Source: Microbotryum violaceum (Eukaryota). From it: a stretch of 64,000 bases of DNA. The DNA is taken from the NCBI GenBank assembly GCA_001244265.2, contig CDLV01000006.1, positions 2,232,001 to 2,296,000 of the forward strand, given 5' to 3'. A program made the position numbers and the translations under genes. Below the pieces are notes generated by a model that saw only the letters and a list, made by a program, of their open reading frames with translations, ran no database searches and was not told where the DNA came from. Below, piece by piece: positions 52,409 through 64,000 of the stretch (the first letter of the stretch is position 1; each line of letters begins with the position of its first letter).

Positions 52409-55245
52409 CTACAAGCGAGTCATAACCTCATCTTTCGAAGATGCAGACGGTGTGGTCCGTTTCCTCAACGTGCGGTCGTCTTGGTGCATCGGTTCAGATA
52501 GAGATGCCTCTTCATCATCTCTGTGTTTGTGAAAGAAATCGGAGTGGCCATGTTCGGGTTGTAAGGGACCGCCGAGCGAGACGAGCGTCGCGGCCGAGTC
52601 GGCGGTAGGGGCATCTGTAGTGCGCAGGAAGGGGAATAACAGACGGTGTCAGGCTTTCGTCAAGCAGGGACTGTAAGTTGGCCAACTTACCGAGCACCGA
52701 TAGTTCTTGTAGACTGAACCACCGAGGTACCCAATAATACCTGAAGGGAATGAGCAGCGTGATAATAACCGGAAAGCCAATGCCGGCGATCGTTTCCGAA
52801 ATAGCAACGATGGCGGTAAAGAAGAGCCATTGGATCCCGACAAACAGCCAAATTGTTTTGGGTCGGACTTGGAGCAAGGCATGGTCCCGAGGGGTAAGAT
52901 GATGGTCGCGGAGGAGGAAGAGGGTCTTGTGTACGATGCCGTTTCCCTGGACCGAGCCCCATCCGACGACGATGAAGATGCCGGCGAACATGGCTCGACT
53001 CATCAAGCTCAGGGTCACGAGCAAAGGCCCCGTCATCGTACCAAGCGTAAGCAGCCCCATGACGAAATGCGAGATCCTCTGCTCGACCAGCCTGATCCTC
53101 ACAACCTTCATCTTGGGCGGAGCCTTCTCTTCCCACCTCTTCTCGATGGCTCCGTCTTCCTCTTCCTCTTCATCGTAAAATCCACCTTCAGTCAACTTGG
53201 TGTCCTCCGGTACCATCTTGACGACACACAGCGCTTCCGTATGTACAGGTGCTTGGGGCACGAGACCGTTCGGCGCCGGAAGACCGAGAATTCCGGCGAC
53301 AAAGGTGACGCAGCCGAGGAGGAAAAAGTCCCAGTGGAAGCCTGCAGGACGCTTGACGGGGAAACCACGGGATTGCGCCATCACGGATGACACGTTGTTC
53401 TGTGATAGAGACGGGCAGTTCGATCAACTTCAATATCTTCTAAAACAGATCTTGGAGCACTCACGTCAAAGTAGAACAGCAGCGTGATGAGGCAGCCGAA
53501 GGGAAGCGCTACGAAAATCCACTTGACGGGCAGGTCCCAGAACCGGATGACCCAAGATCGACTGCCGGCGACGCAAACCTCATTGGTCAGTTTGAATCAG
53601 TTAAAACGATGATGCACACATCATGGGCCGACTCACTCAGTAGAGGGATGGAACGCTCGGGTGACTTGCAAAAAGTCGATCCCGGTTTCCTTGATATGGC
53701 CCGGGATGTGTACGAAGCCCGTATAGAAAACGATGCCGGCGGCAAACGCATAGTCGGTAACACATTTCCGCAGCCAGAAGGGTCCAAAGCTAAGCGTAGC
53801 CGTCCTCTCCAGGAGATAGACTGAGAGTGCGAACAGGATTGCGACGACGACGGAGAACCACCCGGCTTGATCTGAGCGTAGAAATCATGATGGCGTCAAT
53901 ACTCGTGCTCGTCTCATCTCATGACACATTACTGACCAGATGCGTCAAACTCGTACACCAGCAACTCGACGCCTTTTTGGATGTAGATGACGCCCACGTC
54001 TGTGGGGCGGGAAAGGCAAAGAAGATCAAGTCAGGCAAGATCGCTTACATCACCATGATAGAGAATACTACTCACAAAGACCAAAAGTTTCACTGGTCAT
54101 GTCAGTGATGAAGCGAGTGTAGTCCGAGATGTTGAAGACGGCAATGATCCAGTGGGTGATCGCCGACCAGCTGTGGGAGTGATATGGGGGTCAGTCTCCT
54201 CAAAGAGGCTGCAAAAGATTAATCATCGGAAGTCACACACATCAGAGCCCATGCTTGGAATTGGAGAAAGTTGGGTGCATCCGGTTGTCGTTCTAAACGA
54301 CCGTCACGGCAATGTCAGCGCCGGCCCCAACTTGACTCGCATTCGGACGCGGAAATCTCTGCCTAAAGCTTACCTAGGATATCATAGGTCGTGTAGTTGA
54401 ACAAGTTGATCAGACCGGTCACTCCGACCTGTACAGCAATTTCAATCAGTTGTGTTCCCTCGTCTGGTCTCGCTCAGCCCCTTGTACTCACAATCGTCAG
54501 GGGCTGGACCGAAAGGACCGAAAAGACCAAAGCGGCGAGGACGGAAGCGAGCAAGGTCTCGTTGACGCCATAACTGCCACCGGTGCGGAGGTTCATGTCG
54601 ATCGTGTAGGCTAGAGCAGGAAAGAGGCTGTTTTGTGTACAATAGAGCAACGCGGTAGGGGTCATTCATTAGGTCAGAGTGCAGAAGCCCCAAGCCGAAA
54701 ATCCTGCCTGCGTCACCGACGCGCCGGGCTCGCCAGCGCGGGGATCCGTGGGGTGGGAACACGCGGATGGAGTTCACCGAACAGGGTAGAATCGGACGAG
54801 CAGGTAGGAGCATGTGTACTCACTTGAGAAAGTATATCCTGATGGTCGCTCCCATGGTCCTCTCCCAGTTGCGCGGTCGGAAAGCCTCGGTCCAGTCCGA
54901 AAGGTAGAAGGGCAATCGCTTTCGCACGTCCGTGATCATGCCCCGGAACGGCCTGAACTGGTACACCGTTGATCGCTCGGGCCAAGGCCGACGATCAGGC
55001 GAGAAGCTCAGTCGTTTGCGCTGCTGTTGGCCATGATCGCGTGTTCCCGGAGTGCGTCCTCTCCCCTCGGACGGCTGCTTCTCGACCTCGTTCACCACGC
55101 CGTCGTCGCCAAGTCGGCCGCCCTGCTTCGAGCGGTTGGACGCTTTGGGCGGCGTGTCGTTCTCGGCGGGCAACGGTGAAGCCGATCGCGTCGCCGTTCC
55201 CGAGGATGCAGCGGACAAGGTCGGTCCACTCCTCGTTTCATCCAT
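52409..55245 (-). CDS. BOR1: Borate/HCO3- transporter (SLC4 family, Bor1)
   Basis: GMITDVRKRLPFYLSDW, PALAYTIDM, QPLTIV, GFHWDFFLLG, PNGLVPQAPVHT, VEQRISH; many small exons. Confidence 0.92.
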
Positions 55246-55977
55246 CGCGTCCTACGTCAATTCCCCGATCCTTGAGACTGTCGCGGTGGCTGAACGTCGG
55301 GGAAGCGGGGGTGCGAAGCCTAAACATCGCGAGATGATCAGTGGCGGGTGCCCGGCCGATGCGACGGCCTCAACGCCAGTAAACGCCAGTCACTATTATA
55401 GTCAACGCCCAAATCGCCAAGTCCCGCTCTCGCCTCGATTCTGCGCAACCTATCGCCGACGATCCTTTCGCGGGCCGTCGCGCCGACTCCGCGGAAATCA
55501 TTGCAGACTATCACGGCTGATTCTGAAGCTTAAGGAATCTCCAGCTATAAATTCTAGGAAAGTCCTGTGCTAGAACGTGCGGTACTTGGTTCAAAGACCT
55601 CTCTACGATCAAGCTTAAGGACAAGCCCCGCCGGGACCAAGGCTTCGGTTCCATCCGGTCCGGCGGGTGCAACGAGCGGTGCGTCGGCCGAAATTATGCA
55701 CAGCGAATCGACTCGCCAAGCACAAGAATGGACGGATAAAGTCGACCAGTCAGCAGAGTAGCAGACTGAGGAAAGTCACTGGTTGATACAAGGGAGAGGT
55801 ATTTCGACACTCAAGACCCAATTGGAAAGGGGCAACGTTGAACGCGGTCGAGATACAGAAAGTGGCGAAACAGGGAGAAGTGCCCGCTGTTGATACGTCA
55901 AAAAAAGAGTCGGATCCAAAAACAAGGTCAAAGCGTCTTTACACACCAATACACATCATCTTCTTCACCATCCGTAC

Positions 55978-58330
55978 CTACGACCTATAAGTCGGCGCCC
56001 GTCCTGGGCTCGCCACTCGATCAAGTCCATCGGTCAACCCATTGTACGCATCAGGCTGGCCACCAAATCTCCTCTCCTCTTCCGTCATCTCAGGCTCCTC
56101 GTTCATCACCCTCAATGCACCGGGCCTTCGTTCGTTGTCGCCCATGCCATTCCAGACCCCAGCGAGACCAGGAAGGGATTGGTGAGACGGCGCGGGTGAA
56201 GACGAGGCTCCGGGGGCGTTGTAAGCGATCGAGTTCGGAAACCTCTGTTCCTGAGGTTGACGGGGTTGCGGTAGACGTTGGGGCAAGTTCTGCTGCGGTC
56301 CTCGACCATTCGTCTGACGCGGAGGCGACACCGTCGAAACAGCACCGTACCCCTGTGGACCGCCACCCATCGAATAGCGCTGAGAACCTCCAGCTCCGTT
56401 GTAGGGCGCTTGTTGCATGCGGTTCGTGCCGGCGTATCCACTATCATTGCGTCTCATCGTCTCAATTTCTTGGCCATTGTAAAGCTCATGCTGCGCCCTA
56501 GCGTCTTGCGGCCCATACTGGGAGTAGCGAGAGACGCCAACACCGGCCATCCCAAATCCGCCGGCCGACGACATGGACGATGGGGTGATCGAGCCATCGC
56601 GAGGAGGGGGAGGTAACGAGGAATAGTATGCGTCTTGCTCATCCGCAGGGGTGGCCTTCTTCTTTTTCTGACTTTGTTGACGTGCAGCGTAGGTCGCTCC
56701 CAGTCCAGCTCCTACACCGCCAACGGAAGCCATCGCCGGTGCCACCGCAGTTCCACGTCGCCCAATGCCGGCCGAGTCGTCCAAATCGTCGTCGTCGCCG
56801 TAGTTGAAAGCCGTCGATCGACGCGAGTAGCCACTGGCACGTTGAGTTGCACTGCCTCGGTTCTGTCCCGTATTCCTTGACGCGATAATGCCTCCTCGGC
56901 CTCCAGTACCCGCAGCAGCCACGCCATCGACGGGGTCCCAGGCGTCGTTGTGGCCAAAGTCGAATGACTCGTGCTTCTTGTTGCGCTTCGAGCCACCGCA
57001 GCAGCAGAACCAGAGTAACGCGGCAAGAGCCACTAAAGCGACGACACCACCGACCACGCCACCCGCGATGGCTCCCGTGTTGGGCTTGGAGGAGGCATTC
57101 GACACCTGCCCTCCCCGCGCAACGCTACTAGTCGTGGAGCTTGCACTCGAGCTGGAGCTGAGCGGGATCGTCGGGACAACAGTGATGGTAGAAGGGGGTG
57201 CAGTCGTAGAGAGTACAGTCGTAGAGGGTACAGTCGTAGAGAGTACAGTCGTAGAGGGTACAGTCGTAGAGAGTACAGTCGTAGAGGGTACAGTCGTAGA
57301 GGGTAAAGTCGTAGGGATCGCAATTGTTGCTGATGTGGTTGGCTTTGAATTATCACATTGATCTTCAGGTCAGTAATTCTGCGACTCAAGTATGCTCGGA
57401 CCCGTCAAGTCACAGAAAGCCCACGTACCGCTGTAGTCGACGGCGTCGTTGCGACAGTAGCTGCGATGTGCATCAATTGGTGCGGCAGGTCAGTTCCGAA
57501 CGACGGAAACTTGTCTAAGGTGGTGAACGCTATCGTTCCGAGGAGTGCACGTACTTGAGCTAATCGTAGTGGCAATCTTTGAACGAACAAGACCAACAAT
57601 CAGCGATCCATCTCAGGCACTTGTGAAGACCTGGGCACAACCAGATTGTGATGGCAGTCTCGCCTTGCAACTCAGAAAAAGTTTCAAAATACTTACAGCT
57701 GGTGTAGTCGTAGCGGTACATGGAGCGTACAAAGTAGTGATGGGCGTACTCGAAAGGATCGTTGAAGTGGACACGGTGGTTACTCGGTCGACGGTCGTGC
57801 TAAGGCGCCCGGGGAAGGCAGAAGTGTCAGCGGCCATGTTCTCACTGTGGGCATTGTCCAAAAGTCCATCCGAATTGAATAATCGTTCGTGTGTATTTGG
57901 ATGCCGCCAAGTACCCGAGGTGTCGTCCGACTCGTGCGTCGCCGAAGCGATCGCCGGTGATCGTACTGGCCCCGGAGTCCGCCTGACAGGACGTTGCCCT
58001 TGCGAATGGCCAACTTGATGAGGCGCCACTGTAGCTACTCACACAGTGACACCGGTGATGCGCGACCTGACAGAGACGGTGTTTCCCGCTCGATTGATTG
58101 AGAGCACCGTCGTGATACCGACCTAAGCACACAAGAAGACGGCCCGGGAGGGACGATGAGCGGTCCGGCTTGATACATGCGCTTCCTGTGCGCTCGCCAG
58201 CTGCCCAACTCACGGCATTGGGATCAAACACGAGTTGAGTCTGAGCTTGGATGATCGTCCTTTCCCTGAAGGAGGTAACGGTTTGGAACTCTGTCGCCGT
58301 TGCGATGGATCGACAGGCGTCGGCGGCCAT
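55978..58330 (-). CDS. Single-pass Ser/Thr-rich (mucin/Mid2-like) membrane protein; 5' exons uncertain
   Basis: Thr/Ser-rich extracellular stretch, NTGAIAGGVVGGVVALVALAALLWFCCC TM helix, long disordered cytoplasmic tail. Confidence 0.65.
57201..57315. repeat. Coding 15-bp minisatellite (CAGTCGTAGAG[A/G]GTA) x7 plus partial
   Basis: Alternating A/G variants; encodes STTVP/STTVL on the minus strand. Confidence 0.95.
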
Positions 58331-59015
58331 CTTGTACAAGGCAGCTTATATGAAGTCGACGAAGCTTCGTCTGAGCCTCAACCGGGGAGACGGCGCGACG
58401 GGCAAGTTGAGCGAAATCTGGGGAGGAGGCGTCAGCGGGAGCGGTCCGAGTACTTACATCAGAGAGGACATCACTCACAACGTAGGGTACAGAGAGGTCT
58501 TCGACACCGGGAAGAGTCAGATGCGACGTCAAGTGTTACTGTTGAGCGGCAAGAGACTGAGCGAAGGGTGTCGTTCGGTCCTGAGGCCTGAGCCCGGGCG
58601 CATGGACCCGCCTCCGTTTTGAGGGGAGTGGCCTAAACGAGCCATTAGGGGCAGGTGAGACATGCGGGGGAGGGAACGAAAACGGTCGCCGAAGGCCGTG
58701 GTATCAGCGGTATGGCGTTTTACACAGGGTCCACACTCATGTACTGCTTCGAAGGACATCTCAGGAGTTTTCTTCATGGTAAAGGTATCTTTTGGCCTGC
58801 ACGACATGCATGCTCGAATTGTCGAAACGCGATCGAGCGGTCGCCGTGCGCTCGACGCCACCCCGGGCCCCCTCGAGTAAGCGCGAAGTGAGGCCGGGCA
58901 TAGCCGCTTTGTCGCACCGTTTTGCCTCCGGTTACATGTGAGTCTGGCCGGCGAATCGACTCCTAGCCCCCTCAAACTCTTGGAATCCGCCTGCCATTGT
59001 GCTGTCTGGACCACG

Positions 59016-60026
59016 ATGAAAGCTGTTGTACAAAGGTGCCGATCCGCCAGTGTGACAGGTATGTCATACCATCCCACAAAGCATGCCACGTCCAAGTCGA
59101 ACCCCGACTCGAGCGACTGACCTCAACTCCTTGCGCAATCAACCACTTCCCCTCGGCCAAAGTGGATGGCCAAGTCATCTCCTCCATCCAACGCGGTCTG
59201 ATGGTACTCGTCGGGATAGGCACGAATGATACGATACATGAATCGCAATGGCTCGTCAACAAGCTTTTGAACCTTCGTTTCTTCCCGGAGGGGGATAATG
59301 ACGAGTGGGGGTGGAAAAAGTCAATCATGGACATTGGGGGCGAGATATTGTCAGGTACGCTCAAGAGATCTTCCGCATAGGAAGCTACTGTAACTGACTT
59401 CTCCCCCTCCCTCCTCGCTCACGTACGCTTCTCCGACGGCGTTCCCCCAAAAAAAGTTTCTCAATTTACGCTCATGGCCATTACCAAGAAAGGATCCAAG
59501 CCCGACTTCCACGGTGCGATGGCGGCTTCAAAATCTAAAGCCATGTACGACACCTTCCTGACCGACTTACGGACCAAGTATCAGCATGAGAAGATCAAGG
59601 ATGGTCAAGTAGGTCTTCTCGCCGTCTGCTCGAGACTCTTTCCGGTTTGAGATCCTGTTGAGATTGGGTCGGTACCCTGCAGTTTGGTGCGATGATGGAT
59701 GTACAACTTATCAACGATGTGAGTCGAGGCTCATTCCACTGATAGGAAGGCAGCGGAAAGGGTCGCTAACCTTCATGCGGAATACTTCCTCATAGGGCCC
59801 CGCAACGATCATCCTCGACTCGATCGACGCCCCCGACCCCGTGATCCCCAAACCTTACCTCACTCCTGAACAAAAGCGTTTACGTAAAGAGCAGCTCGCC
59901 AAGGAAGAGGCGGAGAAGAAGGCCGCGGCCCACGACCGGAAACCATTACCTACGACGGAGGCTGCTCCTACAACTGATGAGAGTTTGGCGCAAAAGTTCA
60001 AGGAGAGCATGATGGAGAATTATTAG
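59016..60026 (+). CDS. DTD1: D-aminoacyl-tRNA deacylase
   Basis: MKAVVQR..ASVT|VDG..SSI..GLMVLVGI, VSQFTL..KKGSKPDFHGAM, FGAMMDV.LIND|GP; four introns. Confidence 0.93.
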
Positions 60027-60123
60027 ACTGCCCAATACCAGTTCCATATAAACGAAAATCTATGATTTTATAAGAGAGTCGGAGGCGCACCGGCTAGCTC
60101 TGTCATGACCAGACCAGATGTGT

Positions 60124-61956
60124 CTACCGCAAAAAAATCTCGACAACCTCACCCCACTTCCTCGGCGAATCGACCATGGGCAAGTGTCCAGCGCCAGGGA
60201 TAACCTCGAACGCGACATAGCACCCTTCCTTCTCCAGACTCTCCTTGACACCCTTTAGCACCCCAGGAAGCGCTCCATCCCTCTCCCCAGCAAGGAATAA
60301 GACTTTCTTTCCCTTCAACGCCCGACCCAACCCAGGTGCGACATCATAGCCTTGAAGAGCGGCAGCACTTGCCGCGAACCCTTCGACTGGGGTCGAAGTG
60401 ATCATATCGTGAACCCAAGCCTCCTCTCGACCCCCTTCAACATATTCACTCAAAGCGGGGAACCAACGAGGGACTGTCACGTCGGCCAATGGGGTCATAC
60501 CCTCCGATCGAGCGAGGGCGATGCGCTCGTCCCATGCTTTCGAGTTGGCGGCGGGGGAAGTCGCTTGCGTATCGCACGTGACGAGACGTTCAAATACTTC
60601 GGGGTGGGTGTGCGCCAACGAGAGCGTCGTCGCTCCGCCTTGCGAGACACCAATGACGGCATGGACGGGGGTCGGGATCGACAGCTTCTCGAGGATCTTG
60701 GCGATATCGTTCGAGAGTTGCTCGAGCGTACACTTCTCGGGCGGGACCGAGGATTGACCATGGCCTCGTTGGTCGTATGTGAGGAGGTTGTAGGTCTTGC
60801 TCAAGCGAGGTAGAACCGCGTCCCACATGGTGCTGTTGGTCATCAACGAGTTGACAAAGACGAGCCACTTGGCCTCGTCGCTCCGCTTGGCGACCTTGAC
60901 GTGCAAGGTGACGCCCTGCTCGATCTCGACGTCGTGCTCCTTTTGGGTCGTTCCGGGCAGAGGCACAGTCACGGCTCGGTAGTCGCCGACGTCAAGAGTG
61001 ACGAGCAATCTCGAGACCATGTTGTAGGTCGCAGCAACGGCGGTCGCTTCGAGGAGTTGCTGGTCATCTTTAAGGTACTTTTTGAGGTCGTCGATGCGCG
61101 CCTGCGGGACGTTGACGTTGAAGGTCGAGGCATCCGCGAAGCGGAGAGCGGCGGCTTGGAAGGGCGACAGGACACCAGGAGCTTCGGGTGTGGGCAAAGG
61201 GGTGTGGCAGTCACGGATGGTTGACAGTTGGGGCGCGGTCAATCCGGCGGCTTCACCGACGTGGGCGTGGTCTGCTCGGAGGTGGGGGGGGGGGGGGGGG
61301 CAAGGGAAAGATCTTCAGTCGATGCTTGTCCAGCTGTAAGCGATCGAAAGCTGGTCCGTACGAATCCACTCAAACGTGGCCGAGTTTCGAGCAGCGACAC
61401 GCAAAATCTGTTGGTAAACTCATGGAAAATGCAAGGCTGAGCACCCGGGTAGGAGCATCCCGGCGACAACTCGTCCCAAGGGGGCCGGCGGAGCAGATTG
61501 TCGCCGAAACGCACCATGAGCTCCCTGATGTCGTCGGGCAAGCTGTTGCGGGTCCTGATCGCTCCAAGAAGGGCGTTCCATCCATTCTATGTGCCCGTGA
61601 AGAATACTGTAAGCTGGGTGCCTCTACTCGACCTAGTGTCCGAGTCCGGTCGGGACTGACTGCGATTTCGGGTGCATTGAGCAAGGTCTGGTCGAGTGGG
61701 GTCAGACCACGTGCGCCGCGACGAACACGGATCGCATCGGCAATGGCCGAGGTGCCCTGGGCAGGACTCTGGTAGGGATGCGAGGCCTGGTACGTTGAGA
61801 TGTCGGAGCGCGAGGTGGTGCGAGGTGTGACGCGACGACGTTGAGCAGCCGCGGCAGGAGCAGGAGAGGGAGCAGGAGAGGGAGCCGGGAGGGTAGAGGA
61901 CTATATCAGCTGTTGTAAGGCGGTGTCGAGCAGCCCAATCGTTTCGAGACTCACAT
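60124..61956 (-). CDS. Fusion of an N-terminal AhpD/carboxymuconolactone-decarboxylase-like domain and a C-terminal 3-oxoadipate enol-lactonase-like alpha/beta hydrolase
   Basis: ADAIRVRRG..LTPLDQTLLNAP, GWNALLGAIR..RELM|ILRVAARN..FEWI|HH, EATAVAATYNMVSRLL, then NSLMT..MWD, YDQRGHGQS, GVSQGG, WDERI, AGHLPM. The model needs a 1-nt correction at 61775-61777. Confidence 0.8.
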
Positions 61957-62276
61957 GTTGAGAGCGAGTGTAGGTGTAGACCAGCGGATGCCGGGTGAAA
62001 CAAGTATGAACGACGGGCTGCAAAGCAGCTCAGATTAATGAGCGCACACGCCGCCCACTTTCAGCCGCGGCTCGGCTCGGCTTGCTCGGGCATACGCCGC
62101 GCGGCTCTGGCGCGACACTGCACCGCTTTTAACTTGATCCCATTCACTCGGCATCTTGTCAACCATCACCTGCTCGCTCCGCAGATAGTACGCTCACAAC
62201 GGATCGGGCTCACACGTACCTTTCCTCCGATCCTGACATCGTTTGCCACCCTTCGCAGTGCCTTCCGCCGAAACAG

Positions 62277-63199
62277 CCCCTGGCTACCTCTGGGTCCTCT
62301 CGGAACCGGGACAGCAAGTGACCGAGCAAGAGTTTACGGGTTAGCCAGATCCGCAGCTGGGCTACCCTGCTATAGTCTAGATGTTCACCAGTGATGTGCT
62401 TATACAGACTGGTATGACAATGAACATGTGCCTCTCCGAATGCAACAGTCAGTCACCCCACATCCTCTTTAGGGGCGCTCAGATTCTTTCGGAAGGCTGA
62501 CCACAAATCAACTCCTGTCTCACGTTGGGTCCTGTCGCCTCTACGTGCTGTACCGCATCACCTCTTAAAACAACGTCATCAACGTCGGACCCCCAACAGC
62601 ATCCCTGAATTCCTGACCGGCGCGCGTTACCAGGCGACCGACTCGCTCAAGCCCTCCTGGTCCGCAGCGTACGACATCAAGTCTGTCGCTCTCTTCTCTC
62701 ACCCATCCTATACCCACCTCCGAGCGAACCGCTCCCCCCGCGAAGGCGCGCTCGTCGTCCGACTCGAGACGCTCGACCGAAGGACCTGTGAAACTCTCGA
62801 CCAAACCAGTGCTCCCCCCAGTGCGAACCGAGCTCCTCAATACGTGTTGACGATCGCGGATAACGAAAAGGGGGAGTTGAAGGCTTTTGAAGGTGTCAAG
62901 GGTTGGCGTAGGAGTCATCGGCACGAGGTTTGCGACTCGTTGAACATGTCCCATGGCAAGGGGGTTCAGAACGAGGCGCCTAAATTCGCCGTCATCCATG
63001 GTCAGTCGCATCAGATATGGGGGGAGTCCATAGGACGCCTTGACGCTGATCCTCTCTCTAATCCTGTAAACTGCTAGAATTTGACGACGAGTCCTACGTC
63101 AAGGCCGACGCGTTCAAGCAAGCGACCGAGGGGCGCAAGGAAGTCAGGAGGTGGAAATTGTACAAAGCCACGCCCAACACGGCCCCGGTCAAACAGTAG
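62277..63199 (+). CDS. EthD-like dimeric alpha+beta barrel protein (start exon not identified)
   Basis: Exons give PGYLWVLSEPG..EF|TDWYDNEHVPLRM..FLTGARYQATD..WSAAYDI..YTHLRANRSPRE..KFAVIH|EF..RRWKLYK; stop TAG 63197-63199. Confidence 0.72.
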
Positions 63200-63282
63200 T
63201 TCGGAGATTTGACCTTTTCCAGGGTATAACTTATACGATTTAGTATTCGTTCTTATCTATTGCAACCCGTGGTGGCCTGTCA

Positions 63283-64000
63283 TCAACTCAACCAAACCGC
63301 ATGACTAGCCCCGGTCCCCTCATCCTTCTCTGCCCCTTCCTGTCCCCCCAATTGCACCCCACATAACTCCCTCATCTGCACCCCATCCCACTCCAGTACC
63401 CACACCCACCCATCCTGATCATCCGTCAACAAAACCCAGTCCCGATCCTCCTTGATCTTCCCACCCTGAACACCGACGTGGAAAGGGAATGCTTCGACGG
63501 CATTAGCTTTACCTCCACTCGTCGAGGTGACGAATCGATCAAGGGGTTCGAAGTCATCCTTCGAGGAACCCAAGGTTCCATCATCGTTCACGGCCCAGGT
63601 GGAAACGAAGCCTTTTGTGGCAGAAGTCTTTCCTCGTGTCGTAGCATAGAGGAAACGACCTGATTGGGAGAGACGTAAGGTATCACCGCGGTAGTCGAGC
63701 CGGGTCGATTCGAAAGAACTAGGGATGACCGAGAGGCGTTGTTCGTGCTTGAGTGTCTCGGAGAGGATGGTGTAGACGTCGACATAAGACGCTGTACGAA
63801 ATAGAGGCAAACTGTGTTCAGATCGGTATCCCTGCGTTCGGGCTCCTCGAGCTTACTATGTTCCGTGACCGCATAAAGTTTGTTCCCGTCGGGAGACGGG
63901 ATGACATGCCGCGGCCCGTCATGGCCATCACCAAACGAAGGCACCTCTGCGATCAGGGAAAAAGTTCCATCCTCGAGAACGGAGTACATGTAGATCGAGT
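63283..64000 (-). CDS. Beta-propeller (3-carboxy-)cis,cis-muconate lactonizing enzyme, 3' part (runs off the window)
   Basis: DGPRHVIPSPDG..LYAVTEH, YRGDTLRLS..LYATTRG, TSGGKANAV, LTDD..GWV.VLEW, GASHAVWL. Confidence 0.8.

Overview
Gene-dense, intron-rich fungal genomic DNA. GT..AG introns with CTGAC/CTAAC-type branch sites and the protein families suggest a basidiomycete, probably Pucciniomycotina/Microbotryomycetes (inference). About 22 apparently intact protein-coding genes can be reconstructed: alpha-arrestin, PSF3, PKR1, HEI10-like, a Zn2Cys6 TF, two F-box proteins, RPS25, YSA1, a START-domain protein, Far1-like, VPS51, an MNN1-family mannosyltransferase, ARP1, an M16 peptidase, BOR1, DTD1 and others. 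Decayed material comprises a GH125 relic with a tRNA-like gene in its intron, a DUF1264 fragment, and a subtilase cut off by a 5'-truncated L1-like retrotransposon with a highly structured 3' UTR. The most notable feature is at the right end: an apparent beta-ketoadipate (protocatechuate branch) cluster made of an AhpD/CMD + enol-lactonase fusion, a free-standing EthD-like gene and a beta-propeller muconate lactonizing enzyme. Two genes appear to have non-AUG-initiated mitochondrial presequences. All gene models were assembled by eye and family assignments come from recalled motifs; no database searches were run.
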